Made by a program: the position numbers and the translations under genes | Assembly: GCA_038997165.1 (NCBI GenBank) | Contig: JAWBAK010000002.1 | Coordinates: 3,083 to 67,082 of the forward strand | Direction of reading: 5' to 3' | Length of the DNA stretch: 64,000 nt | Source of the DNA: Candidatus Aenigmatarchaeota archaeon | GTDB taxonomy: Archaea > Aenigmatarchaeota > Aenigmatarchaeia > CG10238-14 > SpSt-28 | Notes under the pieces: model-generated | Database searches by the model: none | What the model saw: the letters and a program-made list of their open reading frames with translations, nothing else | Told to the model about the DNA's origin: nothing | In this document: positions 1-10,045 of the stretch, in pieces | Layout of the letters: every line of letters begins with the position of its first letter | Numbering within the stretch: the stretch's first letter is position 1

Positions 1-16
1 GTTAAAATAATAATAT

Positions 17-89
17 GCCCCGGTAGCTCAGCAGGTAGAGCGCTGCTCTGGTAAAGCAGAGGTCCCGGGTTCAAATCCCGGCCGGGGCT
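17..89 (+). tRNA. tRNA-Thr (anticodon GGT)
   Basis: GC-rich cloverleaf read directly. Acceptor is gccccgg/ccggggc, D-arm gctc/gagc, anticodon stem ctgct/agcag with loop ctGGTaa, T-arm ccggg-ttcaaat-cccgg, discriminator U. Confidence 0.85.
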
Positions 90-123
90 TATCTTAAAAT
101 TTTTTTGATTTGCATTAAAAAAT

Positions 124-1317
124 TTAGGGGTTAAACCATTCTATTTCATAATATTTTGTTTCAGAGTTTGGAAGTTCAATTCTATTTGCAACATAATAAG
201 TTACACTACTTTCTCTATCAACTATAGCTATTAACAATCTTAATCCAATAGAATCCGCCAAATCTAATGCACTTGCTAAAAATTTTCCACTAATTTTTTC
301 ATCTTCTTGTAAACAAATTACAATATAAGAAGGATTTGAATTAATCGGATTTTCAACTTCATTTTTTTCGTTTCGATGATAAACAATAAAATCTATTGGA
401 GTTTTTTCTTTCATATAATCTTCTTTTTTCATTCCAGGAATTGCCATAATAAAAGTTTTTCTAACACTATGAGCAACTCTAATAGCTCTTGCTAATTCGC
501 TAGTTTGCATTTCTATATTTTTTGGAAAAACGTGAATTACATGCTTAGAATGAATCCATTCAATTCCCTTTCTTAATGGAGATGCTCCTGGAAAATAAAT
601 TCTAAAATGAGTTCCAAATTTTAAGCCACTTTTAATAATATATCCATTATCTCTCCATTCTTTATAAACTAAAAACATGTCCTCAAAATTATAAGTATAA
701 CTTTTTTCGTTTTCAATTATTTTTTCTAAATTTAATTTTTCATTTGAATTAATATCAAAAATTTCAAAGCCTTTATAACATAAATATGCAACTTCAAAAT
801 TATCTAAAACATGCATTTTTCCTTTATCAATATTTTTATAAACTCCATATTGTCCAAACCAATATTTTTCAAATAATTCTATCGATTTATTATCAAAAAA
901 GAAACCAATATGATTTTTTAAGTCATAATAAATTTTCATGTTTTTATAATTAGATAAATCAATATCTTGAGATGGATAATTTTTTGTAACGCCTTTTTCA
1001 AAATTTTTTAATTGAATTCTATTTGGATAAGTAATAAATAAGCCTCTAATTTTCCAATCTCTATATGTTAAATATTTTTCTAAAAATCTTTCATCAGAAA
1101 ATCTTTCTAAAAATTCCTTAATATTAATTATTTTGTTTTTTTCAAATAAATAAGCATTTCTTATTTCCATTAAATATAAAACTTCTTCTTTTTCTAATTC
1201 AACATAAGTTTTTAAAAAATTTCCAATAAAACTTTTTCTTAATTCTTCTTTTGAAAAATCATCAAAACAATAAAATTTTCCATCTTTTTCTAAACTAATT
1301 TTTATCTCTCTTTTCAT
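124..1317 (-). CDS. endA: tRNA-splicing endonuclease EndA, three-unit (epsilon2-like) architecture
   Basis: Central segment 'YKEWRDNGYIIKSGLKFGTHFRIYFPG...KHVIHV' matches the archaeal EndA catalytic repeat (Y/H/K triad region). An additional N-terminal unit and a C-terminal structural unit give 397 aa. The tRNA-Tyr in this window contains an intron. Confidence 0.55.
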   Translation of the reverse strand: MKREIKISLEKDGKFYCFDDFSKEELRKSFIGNFLKTYVELEKEEVLYLMEIRNAYLFEKNKIINIKEFLERFSDERFLEKYLTYRDWKIRGLFITYPNRIQLKNFEKGVTKNYPSQDIDLSNYKNMKIYYDLKNHIGFFFDNKSIELFEKYWFGQYGVYKNIDKGKMHVLDNFEVAYLCYKGFEIFDINSNEKLNLEKIIENEKSYTYNFEDMFLVYKEWRDNGYIIKSGLKFGTHFRIYFPGASPLRKGIEWIHSKHVIHVFPKNIEMQTSELARAIRVAHSVRKTFIMAIPGMKKEDYMKEKTPIDFIVYHRNEKNEVENPINSNPSYIVICLQEDEKISGKFLASALDLADSIGLRLLIAIVDRESSVTYYVANRIELPNSETKYYEIEWFNP

Positions 1318-1342
1318 AAATTAACTAAAAAATAAATTTAAA

Positions 1343-1981
1343 TTACTCTAATATTATCTTTAGCTTTCCTTTCTCAAATCTTTTTTCAATTATAGATTTT
1401 CCAGCAGGTTTAGAAATTATCTTAAAATAAGCTTTATCTTTTGCATAAGCTCTTATTTCAATACTTTCTTCTAATTCAGAAATTTCAATATCTTTAGCAC
1501 TTTCTACATCTGGCAAATCAACTTCAATTTCAATTCTATTTAATTCTCTTTTTATTTTAACTTCTGGCTCTTCAGTAATTTTAACTTCTCTAACTTCTTT
1601 AACTTTTTCTTCTTGCTTTTCTTCAACTTCTTCAATTCCTATTTTCTTTTTAATATTCTCTTTAATTTTTGGTTCTAATTCTTTATAATCTCCAAAAGTT
1701 TTAACATATACTTTTGGCTTTTTCCCACTTTCACTTTTTATTACTATACTTATTCCCCCACCTTTAATATAGGGCTCTTTTTCTAAATCAAAAGGCTTTA
1801 ACATTTCTTTAAAAACTCTTCTAAATGTTCTATCAAAATCTTCAAAAATATCTCTTAAATAATTTCTATCAAAAATTTCATCAAACATTCTAAATCCTAA
1901 AAAGCATCCACAATATGGACAATATGTCCAATTTGCTTCTATTTCTTTTCCACAACAAGGACAACTAACTCTTCTTCTCAT
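1343..1981 (-). CDS. Hsp20/alpha-crystallin family protein with N-terminal CxxC...CxxC zinc ribbon
   Basis: N-terminus 'CPCCGKEI...CPYCGC'. C-terminal 'VDLPDVESAKDIEISELEESIEIRA' resembles the Hsp20 ACD motif. Confidence 0.45.
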   Translation of the reverse strand: MRRRVSCPCCGKEIEANWTYCPYCGCFLGFRMFDEIFDRNYLRDIFEDFDRTFRRVFKEMLKPFDLEKEPYIKGGGISIVIKSESGKKPKVYVKTFGDYKELEPKIKENIKKKIGIEEVEEKQEEKVKEVREVKITEEPEVKIKRELNRIEIEVDLPDVESAKDIEISELEESIEIRAYAKDKAYFKIISKPAGKSIIEKRFEKGKLKIILE

Positions 1982-2165
1982 AAATAATTTATTTATTTAT
2001 AATTTAAACAAAATTGTATGGACATATTCTTTTTTTTATTAGGAGCTTTAGATACTTTAGCGGCATTAATAATTTTGCTAAATTTAAAAGAAAATATAAT
2101 TTTTATTATAATTGCTATATTTTTATTAATTAAAGGCTTATGGACTATAGTTTCTTCTTTTTAAA

Positions 2166-2783
2166 TTAAAAAATATTTTTTCCTATTATGTAAATAATAA
2201 TTGCTAATACAATTATTAAAGATATTATTTCTACTTGTTTGGAATATTCTAATGATTTTTTCCAATATTCTCCAAAAATAAATCCTAAACTAACTAAGAA
2301 AGAATTCCAAATTAAAAAACCTAAAAATGTTAAAACAAAATATATTTTTAATTCCATTTTAAAAATTCCAGCAGGTATAGAAACTAAACTTCTAAATCCA
2401 GGTACACATCGAAAAAAGAAAATTGTTAATAATTTATTTTTATTAAACCAATTTTCAGCAGTTTTTAATCTTTTTTTAGAAATAAAGAAATATTTTCCAT
2501 ATTTTTCAACAAAACCTCTTCCAAAATAACCCAAAAAATATAATGGTATAGTTCCAATAGTATTTCCAAGAGCTCCAACAATTATCGATAATACTAAAAA
2601 AATATAGCTTTTTTTTAAATATGCTAAATATCCTGCAAAAGGTAAAATAATTTCACTTGGTAAAGGAGCAAATAATGATTCTAAAAAAGATAAAACAAAA
2701 ATACCAAAAAAACTATATTTTTTTATAAATTCTAAAACAAAATAAAAAAATGTTTCATATAAATTTCCAAGCATCATTTCCAA
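2166..2783 (-). CDS. DedA/SNARE-associated (TVP38) family membrane protein
   Basis: Polytopic hydrophobic protein with DedA-like 'R..PG.R......AG...M....F' segment (RCVPGFRSLVSIPAGIFKM). Confidence 0.6.
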   Translation of the reverse strand: MEMMLGNLYETFFYFVLEFIKKYSFFGIFVLSFLESLFAPLPSEIILPFAGYLAYLKKSYIFLVLSIIVGALGNTIGTIPLYFLGYFGRGFVEKYGKYFFISKKRLKTAENWFNKNKLLTIFFFRCVPGFRSLVSIPAGIFKMELKIYFVLTFLGFLIWNSFLVSLGFIFGEYWKKSLEYSKQVEIISLIIVLAIIIYIIGKNIF

Positions 2784-3289
2784 ACTTCATAATTTTCATT
2801 TTTTCTTTCTTTTATTAGTCTAGATAATGAAAAAAGAAAATCTGATAATCTATTAATATAAATTAAAACATTATCATCTAAATTTCTTTTCTCTTTTAAT
2901 TTCCACAAACTTCTTTCAGCTCTTCTACAAATAGCTCTAGCATATTGTAAAAAAGTAAATTCTAAAGAACCAGAAATGTAAATAAAATTATTTAGAGGCT
3001 TTAAACTATTTTCTATACTTTCAATTTTTTTCTCAATATTTTTTATATCTTCTTCACTAATTTTATATTTTTCAAATCCAGCAATTATTGAAGAAATTTC
3101 AAAAATTTTTGTTTGAATATTTTTAATAATTTCGTTTAAATCATTATCTTTAATTAAACTTCTACAAATTCCTAATACACAATTTAATTCATCTAAATCT
3201 CCTAATGCATCAATTAAACATTCACTTTTTTTAACTTTTTCTTTTCCAATAATTGTTTCTCCTTTATCTCCACTACCAAATTTTTTCAT
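2774..3289 (-). CDS. ATP:cob(I)alamin adenosyltransferase, PduO-type
   Basis: N-terminal 'GSGDKGETIIGKEKVKKSECLIDALGDLDELNCVLGI' matches the PduO/MMAB family signature (TGDKGET...G.VDELNS.IG). Confidence 0.7.
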   Translation of the reverse strand: MKKFGSGDKGETIIGKEKVKKSECLIDALGDLDELNCVLGICRSLIKDNDLNEIIKNIQTKIFEISSIIAGFEKYKISEEDIKNIEKKIESIENSLKPLNNFIYISGSLEFTFLQYARAICRRAERSLWKLKEKRNLDDNVLIYINRLSDFLFSLSRLIKERKNENYEVWK

Positions 3290-3293
3290 AATA

Positions 3294-4142
3294 TTATTTC
3301 GCTAAAACTTTATTTTCAAGCTTTTTTAATGCATTATATTCCCATATTGTTAATCTACCTAATTTTGCACCAGGTGCTAATATTTCGGAATTTAATTTTT
3401 CAAAGGAACATACATCAATGTTTAAATTCTTTAAAATTTTTCTTAATTTTTTTGCTTTTTCTTCATTTTCAACAACTATTAAAATTCCCTTTCTTTTCTT
3501 ATACCTTCTTCCTCTCATTTTTCCTTTACCAGCTCTAATTTTCTTTTCTCTTATTCTTTCAAATTCTTTTTCTAATCCCAGCTTAATTAAAAATTCTCTA
3601 AATTCTTTAGCTTTTTTAATTTTTAAAAGTTCATCATTCGCAATAATAATTGGAAAATATTTTAATTCTTCAATTTTATGACCCCTCTTTATTACAAATT
3701 CTTTTATTAATGTTGCAATAGCAGCAGAAATTATTGCAATATTTCTTTCTTTTTTATTAATCTTTTGTTTCCAATCTTTTTCAACTTTCGGTGGATGAGC
3801 TCTTCTACCTTTTCTAACATTCGGAGCTATTCTAGCTTCGAAAATCATATGTAAAGGAGCTTTTCCGTGAATTCTTTGATGTCTTGCCATTCCTCTACCC
3901 ATTTGAGTAACATAAGCTCTAAATGGTCTTCTTCTGCCATGATAATGAGCACTAGTTCTTAATCCAGCAAAAATATCAGTACCATATGGTTGTCTTCTAT
4001 TGCTTTGAATTCTTAAAACATCTCTTAAAACTATATCCTCTCTAATCGGATAATTAAATATATTTTCGTTTATTTCTATTTCTCCTATTTTTTCTGCATT
4101 AATGTTTATAACATCTAGTTTCATTAAATAATTTAAATTCAA
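3294..4142 (-). CDS. rpl4: 50S ribosomal protein uL4 (L4P/L1e)
   Basis: 'PYGTDIFAGLRTSAHYHGRRRPFRAYVTQMGRGMARHQRIHG...APGAKLGRLTIW' is typical archaeal L4. The gene stands alone, not in an L3-L4-L23-L2 cluster. Confidence 0.85.
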   Translation of the reverse strand: MNLNYLMKLDVININAEKIGEIEINENIFNYPIREDIVLRDVLRIQSNRRQPYGTDIFAGLRTSAHYHGRRRPFRAYVTQMGRGMARHQRIHGKAPLHMIFEARIAPNVRKGRRAHPPKVEKDWKQKINKKERNIAIISAAIATLIKEFVIKRGHKIEELKYFPIIIANDELLKIKKAKEFREFLIKLGLEKEFERIREKKIRAGKGKMRGRRYKKRKGILIVVENEEKAKKLRKILKNLNIDVCSFEKLNSEILAPGAKLGRLTIWEYNALKKLENKVLAK

Positions 4143-4158
4143 AATTTATATTTTTTAA

Positions 4159-4914
4159 ATGAAAAGTTATAATGAAAAGGTTATTATTATAAATGAAATT
4201 AAAAATCCAAAGGTTAGTGTAATAATACCAACTTATAATGAAGAAAAATATATAGAAGATACATTACTTTCTATTAAATATCAAAGATTTAATTATCCAT
4301 ACGAAATTATTGTTAGCGATTCTAATAGTAAAGATAGAACAATAGAAATTGCCAAAAAGTATGCAGATAAAATATTAATAACTAAAAAAAGAGGTATATC
4401 AGTAGGAAGAAATTTGGGAGCAAAATATGCAAAAGGAAATATTTTAATTTTTGTAGATGCAGATACTATATTATTACCAAATACTTTAAAAGAAGTTTAT
4501 AAAGTTATAAAGAAAAAAGGAATATCTTTAGTTTTTGTACCTTTTTTATCGAGAGAATATTCACCAATTTCAAATTTCTACTTTTCATTCTCTTTTCATT
4601 ACGTAAAATTTCTTTATATAGTAAGAAAAATTGCACACATTCCTGGATTTTTTATGGCTTGTAAAAGAGAAGATTTTTTTAAAGTTGGTGGATTTAATGA
4701 AAAATTGAAGGTATTAGAGGATTTTGATCTTTCAGAAAAATTATCTAAAATAGGAAAAGTTTGTTTTGTAGAAAATACATATGTTTTAACTTCTTCTAGA
4801 AGAATTAAAAAATGGGGAACTAAGGCAATACCAAAATATTTAGCAACTTACTTTAATTATTTAATTTTTAAAAATGATAAAATTGGAAAAATTTTTTGGA
4901 AACCTATTAGATAA
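4159..4914 (+). CDS. family 2 glycosyltransferase
   Basis: 'VSVIIPTYNEEKYI...YEIIVSDSNSKDRT...FVDADT' GT-A fold with DxD. Confidence 0.7.
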   Translation: MKSYNEKVIIINEIKNPKVSVIIPTYNEEKYIEDTLLSIKYQRFNYPYEIIVSDSNSKDRTIEIAKKYADKILITKKRGISVGRNLGAKYAKGNILIFVDADTILLPNTLKEVYKVIKKKGISLVFVPFLSREYSPISNFYFSFSFHYVKFLYIVRKIAHIPGFFMACKREDFFKVGGFNEKLKVLEDFDLSEKLSKIGKVCFVENTYVLTSSRRIKKWGTKAIPKYLATYFNYLIFKNDKIGKIFWKPIR

Positions 4915-4916
4915 AT

Positions 4917-5411
4917 TTATTTTTTATATCCAATTTTTCTTAAAAATTCGTATCTCTCTTTTTTGTCTTCTTCTCTTTCTATTCCCAATGGGCTATTTCC
5001 ATCTATTACTCCAATTATTCCTCTTCCTTGCTCAGTTTCAGCAACTATTACTTGCAAGGGATTTGCAGTAGCTGCAAATATTCTTATAACTTCTGGAACT
5101 TCTTTAATATATTTTAAAACATTTATTGGATATGCATTTTTTATATATATTATAAAGGTATGACCAGCCCCTATTATTTTTGCATGTTCAACAGCTAAAC
5201 TTATTAATTCTTCATCATTTCCATCAAACCTTATTAATCTTTTTCCGCTTGCTTCACAAAAAGCAACTCCAAATTTTATATTTGGTAAGGAATTTACTAA
5301 TGCTTCATATAAATCTTCAACAGTTTTAATAAAATGTGCTTGTCCAAGAATTACGTTACAATCTTTTGGAATTTCTATTTGTATTACTTCAAATTTTTTA
5401 ACACTTTTCAT
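4917..5411 (-). CDS. adenosine-specific kinase family protein (archaeal ~160-aa family)
   Basis: '[50 protein letters not shown]...[20 protein letters not shown]' matches what I recall of this conserved archaeal family. The assignment is from memory. Confidence 0.4.
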   Translation of the reverse strand: MKSVKKFEVIQIEIPKDCNVILGQAHFIKTVEDLYEALVNSLPNIKFGVAFCEASGKRLIRFDGNDEELISLAVEHAKIIGAGHTFIIYIKNAYPINVLKYIKEVPEVIRIFAATANPLQVIVAETEQGRGIIGVIDGNSPLGIEREEDKKERYEFLRKIGYKK

Positions 5412-5446
5412 AAAATTATAAATTTTTTAATAAATTATAAAGCTTT

Positions 5447-7720
5447 ATGTTACAAAAAGTTTGGGATAAAAGTATAGAAGAAAAAATTCTTGAAATTTGG
5501 AAAAATGAAAAATTAAGTTATAAAGGAGGTAAAAAAACTATTATTATTGATACACCACCACCATATCCAGCACCATTTTGGCATATTGGAGCAGCTTTAA
5601 GCTATACTTTACAAGATTTTATTGCTAGGATTTTTAGAATGTTTGGCTATAATGTAATTTTTCCTTTAGGTTTTGATAGAAATGGAATTCCTGTCGAATG
5701 GTATGTAGAAAAATATGAAGGAATAAAAATTGAAGATCTTGGAAGAGAAAAATTTTTAGAAATTTGTAAAAGTTATTTAGATAAATATATCGATAGAATG
5801 AAAAATATTTTAATAAGATTTTTAAATAGCTATGATTTTGAAAATATTTATCTTACCGATAGCGAAGAATATAGAGCTTTAACTCAAAAAACTTTCATAG
5901 AATTATTCAAAAAAGGATTAATTTATGAAGATTATAGACCAAATACTTATTGTCCCAGATGTAAAACAACAATAGCATATAGCGAAATTGAAAGGGAAGA
6001 AAGAATAACAAAACTTTATTACATTAAATTTAAGGTAAAAGAAAATAATGAAGAAATTATAATAGCAACTACTAGACCAGAATTATTGGAAGCATGTAGA
6101 TTAATAGCTTATAATCCAAAAGATAAAAGATATAAAAAATTAAAAGGAATGCATGCAATAGTTCCTATTTTTAATTTAGAAGTTCCAATAATTGAAAGAA
6201 AAGAAATAGATATGAATTTTGGTAGCGGAATAATGATGGTTTGTTCTTATGGGGATTTAGATGATGTAAAAATTCTTAATGAAGAAAAAGTAGAACCAAA
6301 AATTATAATTGATGAAAGTGGAAATTATATTGGAGAAAAATATAAAGGAAAAAAATTAAGCGAAGTAAGGGAATTAATAGTTAATGAATTAAAAGAAAAA
6401 AATTTAATAGTTAAAGAAGAGGAAATTATTCAAAATTTACCAATTCATGAAAGATGCAATACTCCAATTGAAATAATTCCAATGAAAGAATATTATTTAA
6501 AGCAAGTTGAATTTAAAGAAGAAATTCTTAAAATTGCAAAAAAACTTAAGTTTTATCCTAAAGAGCATAAAAAAAGATTAATTAGCTGGATAAAATCTGT
6601 AACAATAGATTGGCCAATTTCTAGAAGAAGATATTATGCAACAGAAATTCCTTTATGGTATTGTAAAAATTGTGGAAACGTTTTTTATTTCGAAGATAAT
6701 AAATATCATCAGCCTTGGAAAGAAAGAATAAATATAATTTGCGAAAAATGTAAAAGTAATGAATGGATTGGAGAAACAAGAACTTTAGATACTTGGTTCG
6801 ATAGCTCAATAACAATTTTATACCTAACTAAATATGGAACAGAAGATTTTGAAAAATTATTTTCTTCTATTAAACTAAGACCTCAAGGTTATGATATTAT
6901 TAGAACTTGGCTTTATTATACATTATTAAGAGTTTATCAATTAGTTGGAAAATCTGCCTTTGAAATTGTAATTATTAATGGTATGGGTTTAGATGCTTTA
7001 GGTAGAAAAATGAGTAAAAGTTTGGGTAATGTTATTTATCCAGAAGAAGTTATTGAAGAAATTGGAGCAGAGCCAGCTAGATTATGGTTTTCTATGGAAA
7101 TTACTATTGGAAATGATTATAGAATAGATAAAGAAAAAATTGCGGGAGCAAAAGCTTTCTTAACTAAATTAATTAATATTGCAAATTTTATTTCTAATTT
7201 TAAATATCAAAAAGAAATTATTGATAAACCTAGCGATAAATGGATAGTAAGTTTATTAATGAAAACAAAAGAAGAAGTTTTAAAACACTATAAAAAATTG
7301 GAAATTTCAAATGCAGTTAGAAAGATATATAGCTTTACTTGGGATATTTTTGCTTCTCATTATATTGAAATGGTTAAAAGAAGAGCTTATAATAACGATG
7401 AATCAGCTAAATATACTTTAAACTTTGTTTTTAAAGAAATTTTAAAATTACTAGCTCCTATAATACCAGCTACTTGCGATTATATTTATAGAGAACTATA
7501 TGGAAAATCAATATTATTAGAAAATTTTGGAAGGGTTAATAAAAAATTAATAGATAAAAACTTATTAGAAAAAACAGAGAAACTATTAGAATTTAATAGT
7601 TATATTTGGAAAAAGAAAAAAGAAATGAATTTAAGTTTGAAAGATCCTATTAATGAAAAAGTTTGGGAAGAATTAAAGGAATTTGAAAGCGATTTAGTTT
7701 TAATGCATAATTTGCAATAA
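5447..7720 (+). CDS. valS: valyl-tRNA synthetase (short form), class I aaRS
   Basis: 'PPPYPAPFWHIGAALSYTLQD...RMFGYNVIFPLGFDRNGIP', editing-domain 'ATTRPELLEACRLIAYNP', 'DTWFDSS', KMSKS 'KMSKSLGNVI'. The HIGH motif is degenerate (HIGA). Confidence 0.6.
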   Translation: MLQKVWDKSIEEKILEIWKNEKLSYKGGKKTIIIDTPPPYPAPFWHIGAALSYTLQDFIARIFRMFGYNVIFPLGFDRNGIPVEWYVEKYEGIKIEDLGREKFLEICKSYLDKYIDRMKNILIRFLNSYDFENIYLTDSEEYRALTQKTFIELFKKGLIYEDYRPNTYCPRCKTTIAYSEIEREERITKLYYIKFKVKENNEEIIIATTRPELLEACRLIAYNPKDKRYKKLKGMHAIVPIFNLEVPIIERKEIDMNFGSGIMMVCSYGDLDDVKILNEEKVEPKIIIDESGNYIGEKYKGKKLSEVRELIVNELKEKNLIVKEEEIIQNLPIHERCNTPIEIIPMKEYYLKQVEFKEEILKIAKKLKFYPKEHKKRLISWIKSVTIDWPISRRRYYATEIPLWYCKNCGNVFYFEDNKYHQPWKERINIICEKCKSNEWIGETRTLDTWFDSSITILYLTKYGTEDFEKLFSSIKLRPQGYDIIRTWLYYTLLRVYQLVGKSAFEIVIINGMGLDALGRKMSKSLGNVIYPEEVIEEIGAEPARLWFSMEITIGNDYRIDKEKIAGAKAFLTKLINIANFISNFKYQKEIIDKPSDKWIVSLLMKTKEEVLKHYKKLEISNAVRKIYSFTWDIFASHYIEMVKRRAYNNDESAKYTLNFVFKEILKLLAPIIPATCDYIYRELYGKSILLENFGRVNKKLIDKNLLEKTEKLLEFNSYIWKKKKEMNLSLKDPINEKVWEELKEFESDLVLMHNLQ

Positions 7721-7722
7721 AA

Positions 7723-8001
7723 TTATTTTTCTTCTTTTCTTTTATAGTATAGGTACAATATATAAATTACTGTAAAATATGCTAATGATAATGTTGGTGA
7801 AAATGCAAAAGCTGTTGGTAAAATTATATGTGCAGATTCAATATTTGATAATAGCGGTAAAAATGCTAAAATTAAAAATATAACAGCAAAATTCATTAAA
7901 GTTCTTATTAGTTCATCATTTTCTATTTTTTTAATTTTTTTATCTTTAAAATCTTCAAGAGTATTTTCTAAACTTTTATATTCATTTAGCTTTTTTTCCA
8001 T
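7723..8001 (-). CDS. small membrane protein, hypothetical
   Basis: 92-aa ORF with two hydrophobic helices. No family recognised. Confidence 0.3.
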   Translation of the reverse strand: MEKKLNEYKSLENTLEDFKDKKIKKIENDELIRTLMNFAVIFLILAFLPLLSNIESAHIILPTAFAFSPTLSLAYFTVIYILYLYYKRKEEK

Positions 8002-8045
8002 AAAATATTTATTTCAAATTTTATATTCATAATTATAGTTAGAAA

Positions 8046-8187
8046 CCCCCGGTAGCTCAGCGGTGGAGCGCCCGGCTGTAGATCTTTGCTAAATAAGCAA
8101 AGGGAGCAGTCGGCGCTCCCACACGGTTTAATGATAAGATGATTAACAGAAACCGGGAGGGCGTGGGTTCAAATCCCACCCGGGGGA
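8046..8187 (+). tRNA. tRNA-Tyr (anticodon GTA) with ~70-nt intron at canonical 37/38 position
   Basis: Acceptor cccccgg/ccggggg, D-arm gctc/gagc, anticodon stem cccgg...ccggg with loop ctGTAg interrupted by ~70 nt (approx 8082-8151), T-arm gtggg-ttcaaat-cccac, discriminator A. Exons sum to ~72 nt. Confidence 0.75.
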
Positions 8188-8195
8188 TCAATTTT

Positions 8196-9521
8196 TTATT
8201 TTTTTCTAAAAAGTTTTAATCCCAAATATACTCCACCTAGTGCAGCTAAGAATGAAAGTCCTATTATAATTGCAATGACTGATGGCTCAGTTAAAATTAG
8301 TAATCCTGTTGGTATTGTTGGTTGATGAATTTCTGGAGCTGGACAATCTTGTGGGCAATTTCTCCAATCTTCTCCTACTTCACATACATCATTTCCACAT
8401 ACAGGCTTAGGTAATTCTACAATTCTTTCAATTATTGGTTGCGTAATGTTTGTTATGTTATAGTATATTGGGGTTTCTATAATTCTTTCCTTTTCAACTA
8501 TTTTTTCTGTTGGAATTGCTACAAGTTCTCTTTGAACTTGAACTTGAGTTAATGGCTGAGGAGTATAATAAGAAGTAAATATTCCGTAAATTCCAAATGA
8601 ATCAACTATTGCATAAACATATGCTAAACTTTCATTTACAATTATTACCCCGCTTGCTGTTACTAATTTCCATATGTTATCTTCTAGCTTATAGAATCTT
8701 ATGTTAGATATATCTAAATTTTTTGAAATTAATAAGTTTGGATTGAAATAATACCTAATTTCTGCTAATCCAGAAAATGAAGAATGATTTTTTGTATTAA
8801 AATATATTATTCCTACTGGCCTTTCTTTTGGATTATTTCCAGCAAAAATAGTTGAATAAATTGCTACTGATAAATTCATAGATTGATTGTTCTGAAGATA
8901 AAACTCTAAATATTCATAAGTTGGGTAATCTATTCTTAATATTCCTTTTCCATCTTTTATCTCAACAACAGGCTCTATTAACAGTATTCCTATTTCGCTC
9001 ATTAATTCGAAAGTAATATTAAATCTTGCTGGTTTTAATGCTGGGTGGGAATATACTTTTATTGTTAAATTATTTTCGCTTAATGGTTGTAAGATATAGA
9101 AATATGTTTTGTTATAGCAATAAAAGGATAGCATATTATTTGACGGTTCTTCAAAATAATCACCAGTTTGTTCAAAAGATATAGGAGGTAATTCACATTT
9201 CAAATAATATTCAAATGGAGGTACTCCTGCTATCATAGATTTAGATAAGAGGTATGCTTCCACATTAAATTCATTACCATTTAAAACATAGTTAACATCT
9301 TCTGGAGTTATATTTACCCTTACAACTAATGGCATCCAATCATTTACTCTATACTTAAAGTATACTATAGCTTCAGAAACTCCTCCTGCATAAATATTAG
9401 TATCGAATTCTTTTACTATTGTAACATCTTTAAGTGGATTAATTAATAATACTTGAGATAGAGAAAAGTCTATTAAAATGCTTGCGAATATTATTGCTAT
9501 TAGTATTGTTTTTGCGTTCAT
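8196..9521 (-). CDS. secreted/surface protein with C-terminal Cys-rich motif and C-terminal TM anchor, hypothetical
   Basis: N-terminal signal-like helix, many NxS/T sequons, 'CGNDVCEVGEDWRNCPQDCP' followed by a hydrophobic tail 'LLILTEPSVIAIIIGLSFLAALGGVYLGLKLFRKK'. Confidence 0.4.
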   Translation of the reverse strand: MNAKTILIAIIFASILIDFSLSQVLLINPLKDVTIVKEFDTNIYAGGVSEAIVYFKYRVNDWMPLVVRVNITPEDVNYVLNGNEFNVEAYLLSKSMIAGVPPFEYYLKCELPPISFEQTGDYFEEPSNNMLSFYCYNKTYFYILQPLSENNLTIKVYSHPALKPARFNITFELMSEIGILLIEPVVEIKDGKGILRIDYPTYEYLEFYLQNNQSMNLSVAIYSTIFAGNNPKERPVGIIYFNTKNHSSFSGLAEIRYYFNPNLLISKNLDISNIRFYKLEDNIWKLVTASGVIIVNESLAYVYAIVDSFGIYGIFTSYYTPQPLTQVQVQRELVAIPTEKIVEKERIIETPIYYNITNITQPIIERIVELPKPVCGNDVCEVGEDWRNCPQDCPAPEIHQPTIPTGLLILTEPSVIAIIIGLSFLAALGGVYLGLKLFRKK

Positions 9522-10045
9522 GGTCCTAATGGCCTAACTTCTAATCTTGTTTCTGGACCAAAATATATTGTGCAAGGTTGATTTTCACAACTTATTCTAA
9601 CTACTAAATTATTTATATTAATAGTGTTATTAGTATTGCAAGATCCTATAATAGTACTACTTCCGTTAACTTGTCTAAAACCACCAGTAAGAGTACATAA
9701 AGAATCATCACCATTATATAGAATTATTTCTATTTTTCCCCCTTCAGAATATACATTCACGTATATAGTCCAATTAGCAGGATACCACTTAACATTAAGA
9801 GAATCTGTAGTAAATGTTTCATAACTTTTTGCGCTAATTGTAATACTACCACTTCCAGGTTTATTTAGTTTTAATTTATAGTCGCTATCTAAATAAAATA
9901 TTGGTGGATTTACATTTACATTAATATTCGCTTTTGCATAATAATCTAAAATTCCAGCAATCGATAAGCTAAATATAGATACTAGCATTATAGCTAATAT
10001 AATTCCTTTTTTCATTATTGTTACATTTATTTTTTTCTTCGTCAT
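9518..10045 (-). CDS. secreted beta-rich protein with N-terminal hydrophobic anchor (paralog of 10129-10767)
   Basis: N-term 'KKGIILAIMLVSIFSLSIAGILDYYAKA' shares the 'LSIAG(I/L)L(D/E)YYA' motif with the upstream gene. Possible class III (pilin-like) signal 'KKG|IILAIML'. Confidence 0.4.
   Translation of the reverse strand: MTKKKINVTIMKKGIILAIMLVSIFSLSIAGILDYYAKANINVNVNPPIFYLDSDYKLKLNKPGSGSITISAKSYETFTTDSLNVKWYPANWTIYVNVYSEGGKIEIILYNGDDSLCTLTGGFRQVNGSSTIIGSCNTNNTININNLVVRISCENQPCTIYFGPETRLEVRPLGP

Noticed and set aside
2239-2529. 96-aa ORF antisense to the DedA-family gene (similarly 3329-3538, 3418-3681, 4874-5163, 6621-6815, 11816-12142, 13242-13469, 13898-14155, 17451-17678, 19263-19508, 19789-20058, 25316-25567, 30603-30803, 31860-32440, 35808-36584, 36935-37183, 40208-40537, 41367-41549, 42261-42536, 44601-44849, 45557-45781, 48907-49176, 56732-56962, 60042-60398, 60942-61151, 61626-61823)
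   Set aside because: Each is embedded in, or antisense to, a longer ORF with clear homology. Their products are low-complexity F/L/I/S-rich strings typical of spurious frames in AT-rich DNA.
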